Shown: in pieces, positions 25,301 through 37,885 of the stretch
Numbering within the stretch: the stretch's first letter is position 1
Layout of the letters: each line of letters begins with the position of its first letter
NCBI RefSeq assembly: GCF_036321535.1
Contig: NC_087443.1
Span: 18,290,001-18,354,000, forward strand
Length of the DNA stretch: 64,000 bases
Source: Camelus dromedarius
Taxonomy: Eukaryota
Direction of reading: 5' to 3'
Position numbers and translations under genes: made by a program
Notes under the pieces: generated by a model
The model's database searches: none
The model's input: the letters and a program-made list of their open reading frames with translations, nothing else
Told to the model about the DNA's origin: nothing

Positions 25301-28300
25301 GAAGTATATATAGTCAGTTTACAATGTTGTGTCAATTTCTGGTATACAGCACAATGCTTCAGTCATACATGAATGTACATATATTCGTTTTCATATTCTT
25401 TTTCACCGTAAGCTACTATAAGATATTGAATATATTTCCCTGTACTATACAGTATAAGCTTTTAATCTATTTTATATATACCAGTCAGTATCTGCAAATC
25501 CCAAACTCCCAATTAAAAAATGGAATTTGTGAATCTAAAATGGTGCTTGAGATCGCATTGGGAGAGTGATATTTTAAGTTCATTGCCAAAAGATGAATAT
25601 CAAAGCAGATTTGTAGCACAGTGCTGGGAAGACCTGGGTTCTGGGGAAGAGTGAGGCTGAGAAGGTTTCTGGCAGGTGCTCTGAGGGCGCAGACAAGGCA
25701 GCCTGGCCATGCCCACACGTTGGGGTGACTGGGCTGAGCACGGAGAGCCCAGAGGTGGTCATGCGCAGACAGGAGCCGGAAATAGGTCAGAGAAACAGAA
25801 TCAAGGACCTGAGGGGAATGAGTGGGAGCTGGCCGAGGATGCCTCTGGAGGGCTCTGTCCATTAAGACCTCAGGGTTTGGCGGCAGTGGAGTAGCCGTGC
25901 CATCTGCAGACCTAGTGATATGAAGGCTGGCTGGGGACACAGGATGGGAACTGTCATAGATATTCTATGTGTGTGTGCCAGTGGTGGGCCGTGAGCTGGC
26001 TGTGTCCCAGGTGGTGAGAAAAGCAAGAATGGCCCTCAGGAAAGAAACCAGCTTGGAAATCTGGGGGTGGGTTCAGCCCACTAATGGGAACAGTGTAGGG
26101 AGAAGGGTAAGGCTGAGACCCAGCTCTGAGGAGCAGCCGTCTCTGCTGGAGTGGGCGTGAGTGACTTTGGCACAGTCCCTGAGGACCAGGTGACCCTGGG
26201 ACCCCCTGTCCAGGCAGTGATGGGTGGAGAGGCATCTTGTGTGGCACTGGTGTCAGCACGGCCATGTTTCCCTGGAACATGTTTCCTTGCCGCTGTGTGA
26301 ACGTGCCGGCCAGACAGCAGCTGCGTTCCCGTGGGACACCTGACTCAGCTGCTGGCCGGGACCGAGCAGCCAAGCGGTGGAAGGGCACGCCTCAGGCTTC
26401 CTCTCGGGCCCGTGGCCTCGTGCCTTGGAGCACATAGAAGTTCGCAGGCCTTCCCCTGGAGGAGGGCAGGACCCCAGGGAGGGTGTGTTTGGGGGCCCCG
26501 AGCACACAGCGAGTCCCATGGACTGGTGCTAAGTCCTGACGGGGATGGGGAAGGGGGACAGTGACCCCTGAGGGCGGCTGCTCTCGGGGAAGAGGCTGAT
26601 CTGTGTGGGTCCCCACAGGAAGAAGGGGCTCTGGTCATCGAGGGGCTCCTCAGCATCTCCTGGGGACTGAGGCGGCCCATCCGGCTGCAGATACAGGATG
26701 ACAGGGAGCGAGTACACCTCTCCTCTACCTCCTGGATGCCTGGACAATCCAGCTGCCACCCGTGAGTGCCAGGCTGGGAGGGGCGGGGCCAGGTGGTCTC
26801 CAGGACACCTGTTCAACCCAAAAGTACTGTTTGGGGTGTCGGGGGTGGGGGAAATTGATCTCAGCTTCAGGGTGAAAGCCCCATTCTGGTTTGGGGCACG
26901 GGTCTGGGAGCATAACCCAGCCTCCTCCCTGTCACCCCCGCGACTGCCTCAGACCACGACCTCACCCGCCAACCTGCAGCCTCACCCTCAATGGTCCTTC
27001 TCCATGACGACCAAGTCACCGCCCTCCTGGAGAAGGGTCCAGGCTCCCTTCACCTCCAGTTGTGTTTCTCAAACATTCCTTGTCTGTAAGAGAGAGCGGG
27101 CTGTAGGTGGGGAGCTCCCAACACCTTTTGCAAGCTCAGTATCGCAGCATCTCCTCTTCAATCTTTAAAAATACGTACACATTTAGCCTCCTCCTGCTCT
27201 GCTTTTATTTCAATATCAGAACTTCGTTTTATAATTTTTTTCAGAATTTACTATCAGATTTCTTTTAACATCAGAGGAATGTTTTGATCAGGACAAAATG
27301 GTTTTCCACCGGTCTTACCGTTTAATGGACGTTTGCCTTGTCCCACCCCAGCCGCAAAGACAGGCAGTTGGCTGCTGAGTTTTGCTTGCTTCTGTGTGTG
27401 CTAAATCTTTCTAAAATTCAGAAATTTAAAACGTTTTCCCCTTCAAAAATTCAAGTAAAGTTGCTGCGCTGAGGGCCCTTACTTAGCAGGCTGACACCCC
27501 TGGCAGCCCCAGGTGTCCCTGGTCAAGTGCGGATGGGCTCCTTAGAGAGGCCGCCAGGATGACTCGTGTTTCCCCCTCCCCAAGGTAAAACTGGTCACAC
27601 GAGCAGTCTCAGACAAGGACCCTCAGAGGCCTCTCAGCGTTGGCCAGGCTCCTCCCCGGCTCGCTCTCTCTGCACGGTTAGGTCCTATCGCACCCAGTCC
27701 TCCAGCCCCTCACCGGCTGCCCTGGCTTGGAGTTCACTCTGCTCAGTGGCCTGGAGGTCGGCCCCCTCCAGGTCGCTCCTGCCCGACTCCCCCAGGCCTG
27801 AGGGCAGCCCAGAGAGCGCACTCGGCACGTGGCCGCAGAGGCCAGCCACTTCTGCCCGGTGCCCAGGAGCGCAGGCACTGTGTGTGTCCCTGTGTCCGTG
27901 CAGTGGGGCCCAGCACAGGCCACTCAGATCTGCAGGGCAGACTCCCTCTCCTCCCAGCAGACACTGTGACAATCCTCTGCTTTCCTTTACATCTTTGACA
28001 TAGACTTGGTGGGAAATCCTGGCCTCGACTCTGCCTGCCCTGCCTCTCTGTGTCCTGTCTAGAGTCAGCTGAGCCTCTTCTCTTTGGCCAGAGTTACTTT
28101 CCTCTGCCAACAGCCCTCTGAGAACCATGACTGTCTTCTTTTAGGAAGGAGCCACCTCTTCAGGATGGTGGGGTCACAGCCCAGGAACCAAGTGCTCAGG
28201 CTGGACACAGGGAGGAGAATTCTAGAGACGGCTCAGGTAAGGGGGCCCTCGAGCTACGTGGGACCCTGTCCCACTCGTCTGGGGTAGGAGAGGCGGGGTT

Positions 28301-31300
28301 GGCTCATGTCCACCGTCTCTGAAGACCAGCTTTGTGGAGCAGCAAAGAGTGGCTTCATTTGCCTTCAGGAGCAGCCCCTGCTAAATCTCTCCTCCATCTG
28401 TGGCATTCTCCTTGACTCCTCGCTTAGGGATAAGGAAGCAGAGGCTTGCAGAGGTGACATTGTTTGATGTCGTTTGCCTGAGTCCTTGTACTGTGCTGTC
28501 TTACAGAAACAAGAGAACATCAGCAGAGGGCCTTGCAGGCCCCTGGGACTCTTCCCTCCATACTGGGACCCATGACCATGTGTCTGTCCCCCTGTGGTCC
28601 CCACTCACACTCAGTGAAGTGCTTGTCCCAGAGGACAGGGATGGGGGCTGTCAAAGACCTGCCCTGGGTGCCCAGAGACAGAGGCCCAGACGCCTATGGC
28701 CCTCTGCCGTGACACAGGTTATCCCGTCTGGGGGTCACCTTTCCTGTCTGCAAGGCGGGCATCACTCAAGCTGGAGCCCGGCCTCTGGCGCAGGGACAGC
28801 GTTAATGTTACTGTCTGCTGCCCCACACAGAGCACGGCCACAGGAGCGGTGCTGTCACCAGTGTGCCCCAAGGCCTGACCCTCCAGTCCATTTCCCGCTG
28901 CAGAGCCCCTGGAGGAGGACGAGGAGACCCCACAGCTGATGCGGACCAAGAGCGATGCAGCCTGTGTGGTCCAGAGAAGGCCCAGGTGCCGCGCACCCGG
29001 GGAGGCCCAGAAGATCCGGCGACACCGCTTCTCCATCAACGGGCACTTTTACAACCACAAGGTGATGTCCCAGCCCGGCCTCTCCTCTGAGCCCTGAAGC
29101 TGAGGCCACAGGGAACCTGCCCCAAGCAAGCGTGCAGTCGTTGGGCCTTCTGTAGGCTGGGTCCAGTGATAGTCATGCCAGAATTCACCCTCACCATGAC
29201 CCTGTGTGCAGATGTGGTCGTGCCCCTGTCCTGATGGAGAAACGGGCTCAGGAGGGGCAATCTCTTGCCCAAAGTCACATCGAAACAATGTTCCAGTTCA
29301 TGACTCCAAAGCCTGTATTTTTTCCGCCACACACACACTGTCAGTTCATTCCCACGAGTTGCAGGGATTTTTGGAACGTGATGCCAAATTAATCTTTAAC
29401 CAGGCAGTTTTCTCGGAGGTTTCCACCCGAGCTCAGCTGAGATTTTCACGGGAACGTCATGTACCCTACTGTCATGTCACGCAGTAGATTAAGCCAACTT
29501 GGTTGGGGTGAGCCCAGGAGCACGTGGGTCTGGGTCCCAGAGAACCCACACTGCTCCCGATTCCCAGCACTTAGCCTTTTGTCCAAGGATGTATTGTACT
29601 GACCTCAGGAAAAAAGATCTCCTTCCCCAGATGACATCATTCCATAAACAAACCAAACTGTAAAAAGAGAAGTTGATTGTTACTATAAATGGCTTGAGTG
29701 GCAGTTTGGGTGAGGCCTGGATGGAGTGTCCTGTAACAGGGCCACATCCTGCAGCACTGAGAAATTGGAAGCCAAGGTTTCCAGGTTAAGCAGCTGCCCT
29801 TCTTGATAGGTGATGACTCATGGGAGGAGGAGGGGGCCAGGGTCAGATGTGAAGGACAGTCGCACAGGGGAGGTCTGCCAGGAGCCAGTCAAGCTGCTCT
29901 GGGGGTGCCCTGCACTGGAGGATGAAGAATGCAACAAAATGAGCTGAAGGCACTCTGCTTTACTAACAAGCCCTCCCTCCACTCCCTGCTAAGTTTGCAG
30001 CATGTGATAATGAGTGATGAGAGGGTATCTCTGCTAAATCCAGGAAAACCCAGGACTATTTGAGAGTAGAGTTTCCCGAGAGGGTGAGAGTGAGGGAGAG
30101 CTGAAGTTACACAGAGATTAAGAGTGTTTAAATTAGCCCAAGGACCCGCCATCGGATTTGAGTAGTCTTTGTATCTTGTTCCAAAGGGGTTTGGTCTGTA
30201 AAGTGTTAAGTAAGCACCACCTGCTGGTATTTGAATATATATTAATACGCTGTTTTAAGGGATTCTTCAAAAAATTTAAAAGACTATTTGCACGGGTTTA
30301 AGCTCTTTCTAGTTCTGCATTTCTAAAAATGGAGGCTTTTGCTCCATGACTCAAGGTACTGAATAGTGGGTTTGTTTTCAGTACATTCACTTCTCCTCTA
30401 AGGGAGCCATTCATCTCTAAGAGGTGTGTTGGACACAATAAACCTTATGTTAGTCATTGCAAATGTCACGAGGACGTGGAGATGTCTGAGTGCTCTGTAG
30501 CCTTTGAAATGAACAGAAATGAACAGTGGGGGCTTTCATCACAGCCTTTCACATCCATTGGAGCCATCCTCCCAAGAAGGGCTTCCTAGCCAGCCCCACA
30601 CTCGACACACTAGCCTGTCACCTGGTCAAGGCAGCTTTCCCCCCACTCACAGCTTTACCTGCGAAATGCGATTCCGTTCTTCCAGGCAAACAGAGTACCT
30701 TCCAGGACATGAACTTGTGTCTCAGGCATGTTGGACAGTGGACTCATCTCCTGGATGAGTGAGGGGCCCCCTCTTTTTCACCTTGTTCTACATCCTTTCA
30801 GAATCAGTGTCCTTAGAAATCAGGTAACAAAGTACTTGAGTCATAGGCAACAATTTTAAGAAAGAAAGAAAGAAATTCCTAGAATTAATTTCCTCGGTGG
30901 TTGTTCTAGGTTTTATTTCTTAGAACTGTATACTACTGCTACACTCAATTATTTTCCAAAACTGTTCTTATTCACAATAATGTTGGCTTGGTTTCCAGAT
31001 TGGGTAAAGCTTGGTACCTGTTTTCACTGCTTGTCCCTGACCTGTTAAACTCAGTGTGTTCTTTGAGGGAGAAATCATAGTGGTCAGAGATGGGAAAACA
31101 GCCAGGGGACCTTTGTTCCTACTGGGAGCCGATTGGTATCAGCTTGAGAAAGGACTTCAGGCAGAAGAAACGCTAACAATGTCTTGTTGACATGACCTCT
31201 CTCCTCCTAGAAATAGCTGGACTCCTCTAGTCCACATTTCCTGGAAACTGAAAGCCTCATCTACCTTTCTGTATAACCCAGAGTCATTCCACGTCTCCAC

Positions 31301-34300
31301 TGTGGAGAAGGCAGGTCTGGGTTTGAGTCTGGCTCTAGTACTTGGGGACCAGCTGGGGACACTGAACAAGTCCCTCACACGTCCCGAGCCCCAGTTACAT
31401 CCTGGGAAAAGCAGGGCTAGGACCCTGTAGGAGGAATGTGTGAACTGGAATTCCATTTTGGAAAGCGGGGAGGAGCTTACCCACAGGGGAGCCGTGCACG
31501 CAGGGAGGCCCCCTGTGCTTCGGTGGTAAAGCCTGAGGTTTGGGGTGGCTCTGTCCTTTCTAGATGGGTGATGCCGACTTGCTACTTAACCTCTCTAAGT
31601 CTCCATGTCTTTCCGAAGAAAAGGAGACTAGTGACAGATACTTCTCAGGGCTGTTACGAGGATTAAATGCAAGATTATATGTAAAGTGTTTCGCGGGCTT
31701 ACTACCTGGCTAGTGTTCACTGAGGACTTGTTTAGCCTCAGGCAATGCCCTGGCTGACTTCACATACGGTGTCTCATGAACAAAGGCAAGATGCCTTCAA
31801 GAATATCACTGGCCCCCAAACTGGGGTGCAGAAGCTGTGTGGCTGGAACACAGGGTGCGTGGGCGGGAACCACGGTACCACACGGGCATGATGTCAGAGG
31901 AGCCATGATGGCATTGTTTAGGCTGTGGGCTGTGCTCTAAGACAGTACGCCTCAAATCATACTGTACTGATAGCATCTCAGGCCATTTTCCTCAAGTGCA
32001 GACTTTGACTCAGGAGTCTGGGCCGGCGGTGCCAGAGGCTTTATGCAGCTGGTCCAGAACACCCTTCAAGTTGTAAAATTTTTGAAAGATCGTTCCTTCA
32101 GGCAACAGTGTGGAAAATGGATTGAAAGGGCTGAGACGGGAAGGGGAAACGTTGGGAGGCTGATGCAGTGTAAATCGAGGGCCTCTACTTTGGGAGGATG
32201 GAGAGGAAGGGCAGCTTTGAGAACTTTCAGCCTTCGAATCAGCAGACACTTAGTGATTTGATGGATAGAAAGAGTGAAGGAGAGACTGGTCCCTCAGACC
32301 CCTGGGAATTTCATCCAGGGCCCTGGTTACCTAGAATCCAGAGAGCTGGCCCTTACAGCTTTCTTGGCATCATTCTTAGAGCCCATCGTAAGATGTGAGC
32401 TATTACAACTGCCCAGATCTGGGCACAGCTTGGGTAGAATCTGTGTGAATGGACAATGCAGGTGTACCCAGGGCCCAAGTTCACCTGCTGCTCCAGTCTT
32501 CTTGGTAGCATCTGGCCAACAGGATGCCCAGCCCCGTGTGACGTCAGCCCCGTGTCCCCACTGGCCTTGCCCTGAACTGCCTCCCCCTTCCTGTACAGAC
32601 TTCCGTGTTCACTCCTGCCTATGGGTCCATGACCAACGTGAGAGTCAACAGCACCATGACCACTCTGCAGGTGCTCACCCTGCTGCTGAACAAGTTCCGA
32701 GTAAGTCTGGCCCCCTGCGGCCTTGCCCCAGATGCCGGTGGTTTGCTGTTGCATGGGGGGAGGGGGCTGGCAAGAGCCCTTGGCTCTTTGGGTAGAAGCA
32801 GGGAGGTTTCCTCTGCTGAGCTGGCGTCTCTGGAATTTAAGCAGAAGGAGGGGAGGGTCCCTGGGATTTGTGTGTGTGACACTGGGGATGTGATTACTGC
32901 CAGGGGTCCCTTTCTATCTCTCCTATATTGAAAAAGCCATGGCCTGACTTTCTGTCCCTGCCTGTGCAGGTGGAAAATGGCCCCAGTGAGTTTGCTCTCT
33001 ACATGGTCCATGAGTCTGGGGGTAAGTGTCTGCCTTTACTTCTTCATCAGAAAAACAAAAGTCTGTCCATTTGGCAAGCTCACTCTGTGTGCTCCTTCTC
33101 CGAGGGCTGGGCTGACTTGTGCGGCAGGCCCGGGGCAGCTGGCCCTCCTGGCCTTGGGACACGCTGTGCCCCCACATTGATCGCCCCTCCCAGGCCCAGA
33201 TCCAGGCACACTTGTCATCCCTTTCAGAGTGCCAGCAAAACCACGTGGGAAGCCGCTGTCTCCAGTAGGTTCAGCGGGGAGTGGGGAGGAGGGGCATCTG
33301 GGTCTTCGAGGTGGATCTGAAGCCCCTCGCCCACTGACACCTGCTGTTGCAGAGCCCACGCTGCACGACCCTCTGTGCACAGCCCAGGTCTGATCACTGA
33401 GTGGGCCTGGCCTCCGCAGGTCCACTTCCCATCTCCCGCTCCTTCGGCCTCTGTTTCTCCCCAAGCTGGGCCTTTGCAGAATGACGTGATCACACATCCT
33501 CAGGGCACTGTCTACCACACAACAGCTGGTGGTGTTGCCAGGACCCCTGGACATCTGTCTTCCATCTCATTCTGGTCCCGGAACAAAGACAAGTGTTCCT
33601 AATTTCCCATGAATTTTGTCTACAACCTCGTTTTTCAGAGCGGACAAAATTAAAAGACTGTGAGTACCCACTGATTTCCAGAATCCTGCATGGGCCATGT
33701 GAGAAGATCGCCAAGATATTCCTGATGGAGGCTGACTTGGGCGAGGAAGTCCCCCATGATGTGAGTGGGGGCTGGGGGGCTTTCTCCTGAGGGAGGGGCT
33801 GGGTGACAGCGTGGGGACTCCCAAGGACTCTTATGGTGACCTCGGGCAGAGCCCTCTTGGGCGGTGTTTCCAGGGGCCCCACGGCCGTCCTGAAGGACCA
33901 GCGCAGTGCTGATTCCAGCCCTTCTTCCTGTGAGACATCACCAGATCCATCCGCTGGCTTAGGGAAAAAAGATGTTGGGTCTTAGAAAATCATGGCCTGG
34001 CCTTTTCCTCTCTCAGGCAGGTAGTCTCTGGCTTCACTGAAGTGTGTTCTGTTGTTATAACATTAAAGATGTGGCCTGGTTAAGGGTTCCTTAACTAGGG
34101 CCTGATGGGGGCTTATGGAAAGGAACCTAAGGGTCTCTGTGTCTCAGGACAACCTGGGTCCTGGCTGGGCGATGAGCACATTTCCAGACTCCCCAGCACA
34201 GAAAAACCGACAGGGTGTGGACCCAAAGGAGCAGGCCTGGTGACCCTGTGTCCCTGTGCATTCACAGACTAGTGTAGTTTCATTCCATTGTTGGAAACAA

Positions 34301-35998
34301 TGCGTTCCCACCATCTCCTCCCCACCCCGCAGAGAATACCCAGTGTGACTCTGCTCACTATTAAATGCTTTTCCTAAAATTCAGCTGGATCTTTCCTCCC
34401 ACTGTTCAGAATTCCCTCTGAGGTCAGAATGGGCTCCAGCCTCGCGTCCTGGCACACACAGAACAGCGTTGCGGGTGGGAGACTAGAGGGCAGCCTCTTC
34501 CTTGGATATGAGACGTTGCCGAGTCGGCCATGCCATTGGCTCTGGAAGCCATGAGGAAAAGAAAACGTNNNNNNNNNNNNNNNNNNNNNNNNNNNNNNNN
34601 NNNNNNNNNNNNNNNNNNNNNNNNNNNNNNNNNNNNNNNNNNNNNNNNNNNNNNNNNNNNNNNNNNNNNNNNNNNNNNNNNNNNNNNNNNNNNNNNNNNN
34701 NNNNNNNNNNNNNNNNNNNNNNNNNNNNNNNNNNNNNNNNCGTGGGTCCTGCCCATCAGGGCAAGTCTGCAGGGCAGACGCCCCGGGCCCGGGGCTGGGA
34801 GAGCTCTCCCCTCCCGGAGTGCCGGGTGCCCTCATGCGGCTTGGGGAGGCCTGCTAACCGCCCTCTGGCCCCTGGCTTGAAATGGACACCAAGCTGGGGT
34901 GACAGCTGGCCATCTAGCCTCGGCACCTCACCAGCACGGGGCAGGCACAAGCTGTGAAAACTTGGCAGGAGAGTTAGACAGGAGCACGGTGGGCACTGGA
35001 CCTGGGTTGTGAGTTCTGCTGGTGACACTGTTCTGGAGGAGCGTCTGAGGAGGGGGCCTGCTCGCTGCATGTTTAGCCTGGTCTGGGCCTTTCATCCTTG
35101 CGGGAGTTCTGAGCCTGCCAAAAAGCAGCCGTTAGTGGGACTCCTTGCACCAGCCGATGTTTTCAGGTGCAGGGGACCAGTTCAATGGACAGGTGAACAG
35201 GTGTCCTGTGCTGGCTCCTGGGGAAGCTACATCAGAGCCCAGCTGTGTCAGCCAGGTTGCTCATCCCAGTGATCAGTCTCTCCATCTGTAGGGCAAAGCC
35301 CAGCCCCAGAGTTCCTCTTAGGGAGGGATTGAGGTAGGCTGCTCACTATCAGGGCCTGTGGCCAGCGGGCTGGTTCAGATTCTGCTTCTGGCTGAATAAT
35401 TCTTGGAAAGCCACAGCCCCCCAACCACCCCCACCCCAAGGCTTCTATCAGGGCCGTCAGGTCCCATTCAGGTAGTCTGCAGAGACCTCAATCAGAGGAA
35501 ATAGTCCACATGCAGTCAGCAGTGTCACACGAGCTGGAAAGGACCTGGGGGCCACCGGGTCAGTCTGGTCAGTGTACAGAGAAGAAACAGCCTGAGATGA
35601 GGAAGGAGGCAGCACCCCATGACCGCAGAGCCAGGGCCTGTCTACTCCCACACACTCCCATACTTACTGGAGAATCTTGCAATAGAAACGGCAGCATTCT
35701 GCTTTGAAGCTTGACAGGGTCTGCAGCCCTGTTTGACTGTTCCTAGAAGCCACTGGCCTCCCAGGATGCAGGCGTGGCTCCTCCCTCTCCTTGGCAGAGG
35801 AGAGATGGTGGCCACTAATCCACTAGTCGGGGAGCCATGGGTCTCCGGGCCCAGGCATCTGGGCGCTCTCTCCCTCTGCTTTCCCCTCCCTGTTCCCTCC
35901 TGTATCAGTGAGCCCTCTGGGCTGTGTCTCCTTCCAGGTTCCAAGCTCTGCGTCTGACAATGCTACAGCGCCTGGAGCAGCTGGTGGCGGCCAAGTAG
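13321..35998 (+). CDS. RASSF4: Ras association domain family member 4 (spliced; 321 aa if the 98-nt exon 10 lies in the N gap)
   Basis: join(13321-13382,15550-15625,26619-26761,28145-28236,28904-29061,32599-32700,32970-33021,33639-33760,[98 nt in gap],35938-35998). All GT-AG, phases consistent, 868+98=966 nt. Matches remembered human RASSF4 (RA domain; SARAH C-terminus). Confidence 0.97.
13678..13832 (+). mobile_element. camelid-type tRNA-derived SINE
   Basis: A-box-like 'tatagcttaggggtagag'; B box GGTTCAATCC at 13733-13742; A-rich tail with 'aacctaattacc'; target-site duplication AAAAACTAG at 13669-13677 and 13833-13841. Confidence 0.9.
14546..14857 (-). mobile_element. MER33-like hAT-Charlie element
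   Basis: 'agccaccagccacgtgtggct' end and 'atgataatattttagatatattggg...catgtggctactagaacattt' match remembered MER33. Confidence 0.75.
15550..15625 (+). CDS. RASSF4: RASSF4 exon ([25 protein letters not shown])
   Basis: tttttag|G ... GAA|gtaagg; 76 nt. Confidence 0.95.
17477..17659 (+). mobile_element. MER5A MITE
   Basis: 'gtggttctcaac...cagcagcttcagcatcacctgggaactggttagaa...gaatcagaaactc...aagtttgagaac'. Confidence 0.85.
19536..19557. repeat. (CT)11 microsatellite
   Basis: Read directly. Confidence 0.9.
20133..20234. repeat. about 100-nt polypurine tract (GA/GGAA/GAAA mix)
   Basis: Read directly; one pyrimidine (C20219). Confidence 0.9.
21248..21253 (-). terminator. DEPP1: AATAAA polyadenylation signal just after the DEPP1 stop
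   Basis: + strand TTTATT; minus strand reads TGA-cccctcccc-AATAAA. Confidence 0.45.
21263..21889 (-). CDS. DEPP1: DEPP autophagy regulator 1 (C10orf10), 208 aa, single coding exon
   Basis: [17 protein letters not shown]...SLDDYVRSI...[13 protein letters not shown]...LHLPVIHEL matches remembered DEPP1; PTS2-like RLLLSVAHL; acceptor caacag| at 21917/21916, upstream of the ATG. Confidence 0.97.
   Translation of the reverse strand: MRSRLLLSVAHLPTIRETSEEMLPGVPGEEPPASPSLDDYVRSICQLAQPTSVLDEAAARARPSRPHRPARSCEKSRPTGSLRDITTRFSGQQPALPGASPADPLDWLFGESQEKRPSRRDLPRSTAPSADPWASCRQMDSGKAQGAPRGRLCDARAPGHSLGRPSRNWRQCSQASRQCGQDAASPTSPRPRSVLRTLYLHLPVIHEL
22438..22630 (-). other. DEPP1: DEPP1 non-coding exon 1 (TSS approximate)
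   Basis: Minus-strand donor CAG|GTAAGA at 22438/22437; TATA box about 25 nt upstream of the inferred start. Confidence 0.65.
22655..22814 (-). promoter_or_regulatory. DEPP1: DEPP1 core promoter: TATAAAA (22655-22661) and forkhead site GTAAACA (22808-22814)
   Basis: Motifs read directly; DEPP1 is an established FOXO target. Confidence 0.6.
25270..25515 (-). mobile_element. 5'-truncated L1 3' end
   Basis: T-rich tail followed by 'attgaagtatatatagtcagtttacaatgttgtgtcaatttctggtatacagc...', a cetartiodactyl L1 3'UTR. Confidence 0.85.
26619..26761 (+). CDS. RASSF4: RASSF4 exon ([28 protein letters not shown]...)
   Basis: ccccacag|GAA ... CC|gtgagt; 143 nt. Confidence 0.95.
28145..28236 (+). CDS. 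RASSF4: RASSF4 exon ([18 protein letters not shown]...)
   Basis: ttttag|G ... G|gtaagg; 92 nt; phases fit both neighbours. Confidence 0.9.
28904..29061 (+). CDS. RASSF4: RASSF4 exon ([10 protein letters not shown]...[15 protein letters not shown])
   Basis: ctgcag|AG ... AAG|gtgatg; 158 nt. Confidence 0.96.
32599..32700 (+). CDS. RASSF4: RASSF4 exon, RA domain ([34 protein letters not shown])
   Basis: gtacag|ACT ... CGA|gtaagt; 102 nt. Confidence 0.97.
32970..33021 (+). CDS. RASSF4: RASSF4 exon ([17 protein letters not shown])
   Basis: gtgcag|GTG ... G|gtaagt; 52 nt. Confidence 0.96.
33639..33760 (+). CDS. RASSF4: RASSF4 exon ([41 protein letters not shown])
   Basis: tttcag|AG ... GAT|gtgagt; 122 nt. 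Confidence 0.97.
34569..34740. other. assembly gap (172 N), expected site of RASSF4 exon 10
   Basis: Ns seen. The SARAH-helix exon (remembered as VAQYIKFEMPVL...KLTMK) is absent from the readable sequence between the flanking exons. Confidence 0.8.
35938..35998 (+). CDS. RASSF4: RASSF4 last coding exon ([19 protein letters not shown])
   Basis: cttccag|G ... TAG; 61 nt. Confidence 0.96.
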
Positions 35999-37440
35999 TC
36001 CACCAGCACCAGCCTCTTCCGGGGCCCCCAGCAGCCGGTGCACACTGAGTGCTGGTGGCCAGGCCCTGATTGGTTGCACCAGCTGAGGAATCCAGAAACT
36101 GTGTTTCTATCTGTCCACCCGCCCAGGTGCCATGAGTCGCATGTCCCTGGTGCTTGGCTCCAAGGTGAGCACTCACAGGATGCAGACCCAAGCCTGAGGA
36201 GCCAGGAACTTGCTCGTTGGGGTCTGCATGGGAGACTGGCCCGAGCAGTGAGCAACCCTGAAGCTGTGACTTGGGCCGTGTTATGTGGCTGGATGGCATG
36301 GTCTATTCACTGTTCACTCCACACCTCTCTTGCTCAGGAGAGCAGAACATGACCTAGCTTCCAGGGCATGGGCTTCAGCTACCTCCCCAGTGCCTGGCCC
36401 AGAGTTCCTGCAGAACCACAAGCCCTTATCCTCATCAGACACATGAACCACTGGACCCCCACCTGCCGTCACCTCATGCTGCCACTCAGAAACTCTGCTG
36501 GGAGAAGCAAGGGCAGCCAGCAGGTAGAGGACATGCCTGCTCCAAGCCATCACTTCACCATGGCGACCTTGGCCCTCGAGCCTCCAGTCTCCGGTGTCAC
36601 TCCGTGAGCCTCACAGAGCCCAGCACCCTGGTGGCAGAGGTCAGACCAGGAATATGACCACCAGGAGCCCATTTTCTCTCTGCAGCACTCACTCTGAATT
36701 TCCTCAGCAGGACCTGAGGAATTCCTAGAAGGAGCTCACTGCAAGAAACGTGTCAATTTGATCACATTGAGGAGGTGACCCATGTGGCACTGAAAGGATG
36801 CTGCCCAAATGGGAGAGAATCCAGGAGCTGTCCGGGGACTGCCAGGCAGCAGCTTGGGGAGGCCACACTCAGCCCCATCGCTGCCCTCCCTCGGACACCT
36901 GTGTGCCTCTTGACCTCTCTGGGTTTGCGTTCCTCTCTCTCAATACTTCCCATCAAAGGAGCACCATGAGGGGAAAAAAAAAGTCTGTTTGAGGATAAAG
37001 GGCTTTGAATTCCCTAGGGCCAGACACTGAATAATTTGGGTTTTTCAGCTGATGGGGAATTTCTGGAATGTACAAGAAGTCCTTTGCAAAGTTATGCAAC
37101 AGTTTACATCAGTCATGTGAAGTGTGTGTCCAAAACCTCAAACTGGAGACCCAGTTCTCCCACTGGGGCCTGTGGATAATGAATTTAAAGGGAAAAACTA
37201 TAAAGTCTCCCAAATAGAGGAGAGATTCCATCTCTGCCTCATGCAGCAGCTCTTGTAAAGAGCAGAGCTTGCGAGCGGAGTTTGGGAGCAGCCATGCCGT
37301 TTGAACCCACTGTTACTTCACACCAGGACTGCCCCGACCTAGCACCGCTATCACATAAGCACGCACAGAGATGCCAGGGGAGGCTGCTGCAGTTTCTCTT
37401 GTCTCTGCTCATCTTCGGCAGCATCGTTTCTTAGGTACTC

Positions 37441-37446
37441 AATAAA
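37441..37446 (+). terminator. RASSF4: RASSF4 polyadenylation signal AATAAA
   Basis: AATAAA about 1.44 kb after the stop, followed by a T-rich tract. Confidence 0.65.
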
Positions 37447-37885
37447 GGTATGCTGTACTGAACTGAAGGAGTTAGGACTAAACTTTTTTTTCCACTTGTC
37501 GGTGTCCATCCTGACCCTTGGCTCTAACTTCTGAAACTCTTATCCTATAGTACATGTGGCCAAGTTTGGCAGAAGAGCCAGAGCTGAGCCACAGTCCGCT
37601 GCCCTTGACAATGACATGACCCCTTCCTTTCTGTGCACATCCTTGGGATGGGTGTGGGGCCTGAGGACTGAGGGAGCTGAAGGGCACAGAGGAGGAGGCA
37701 TTGGTGGGGGTTGGGAGTAGTCTGGCCAGTAAGTGATAGGGTCACCCCGAATGACAGAGTCTCAACATCAGGAGGACCTCAGGAATCTTCTAGAAGGAGC
37801 TCAGGTGGGATGGTGGCAGGGTCCAGGAGAGGATAGAAAATGATTCAAACAGGGCTCCTCCATGAAGTAGTAAAATAACTCCGCA

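Noticed and set aside
34374-34957. ORFs containing X runs (also 48912-49223 and 55129-55656)
   Set aside because: Artefacts of translating N gaps.
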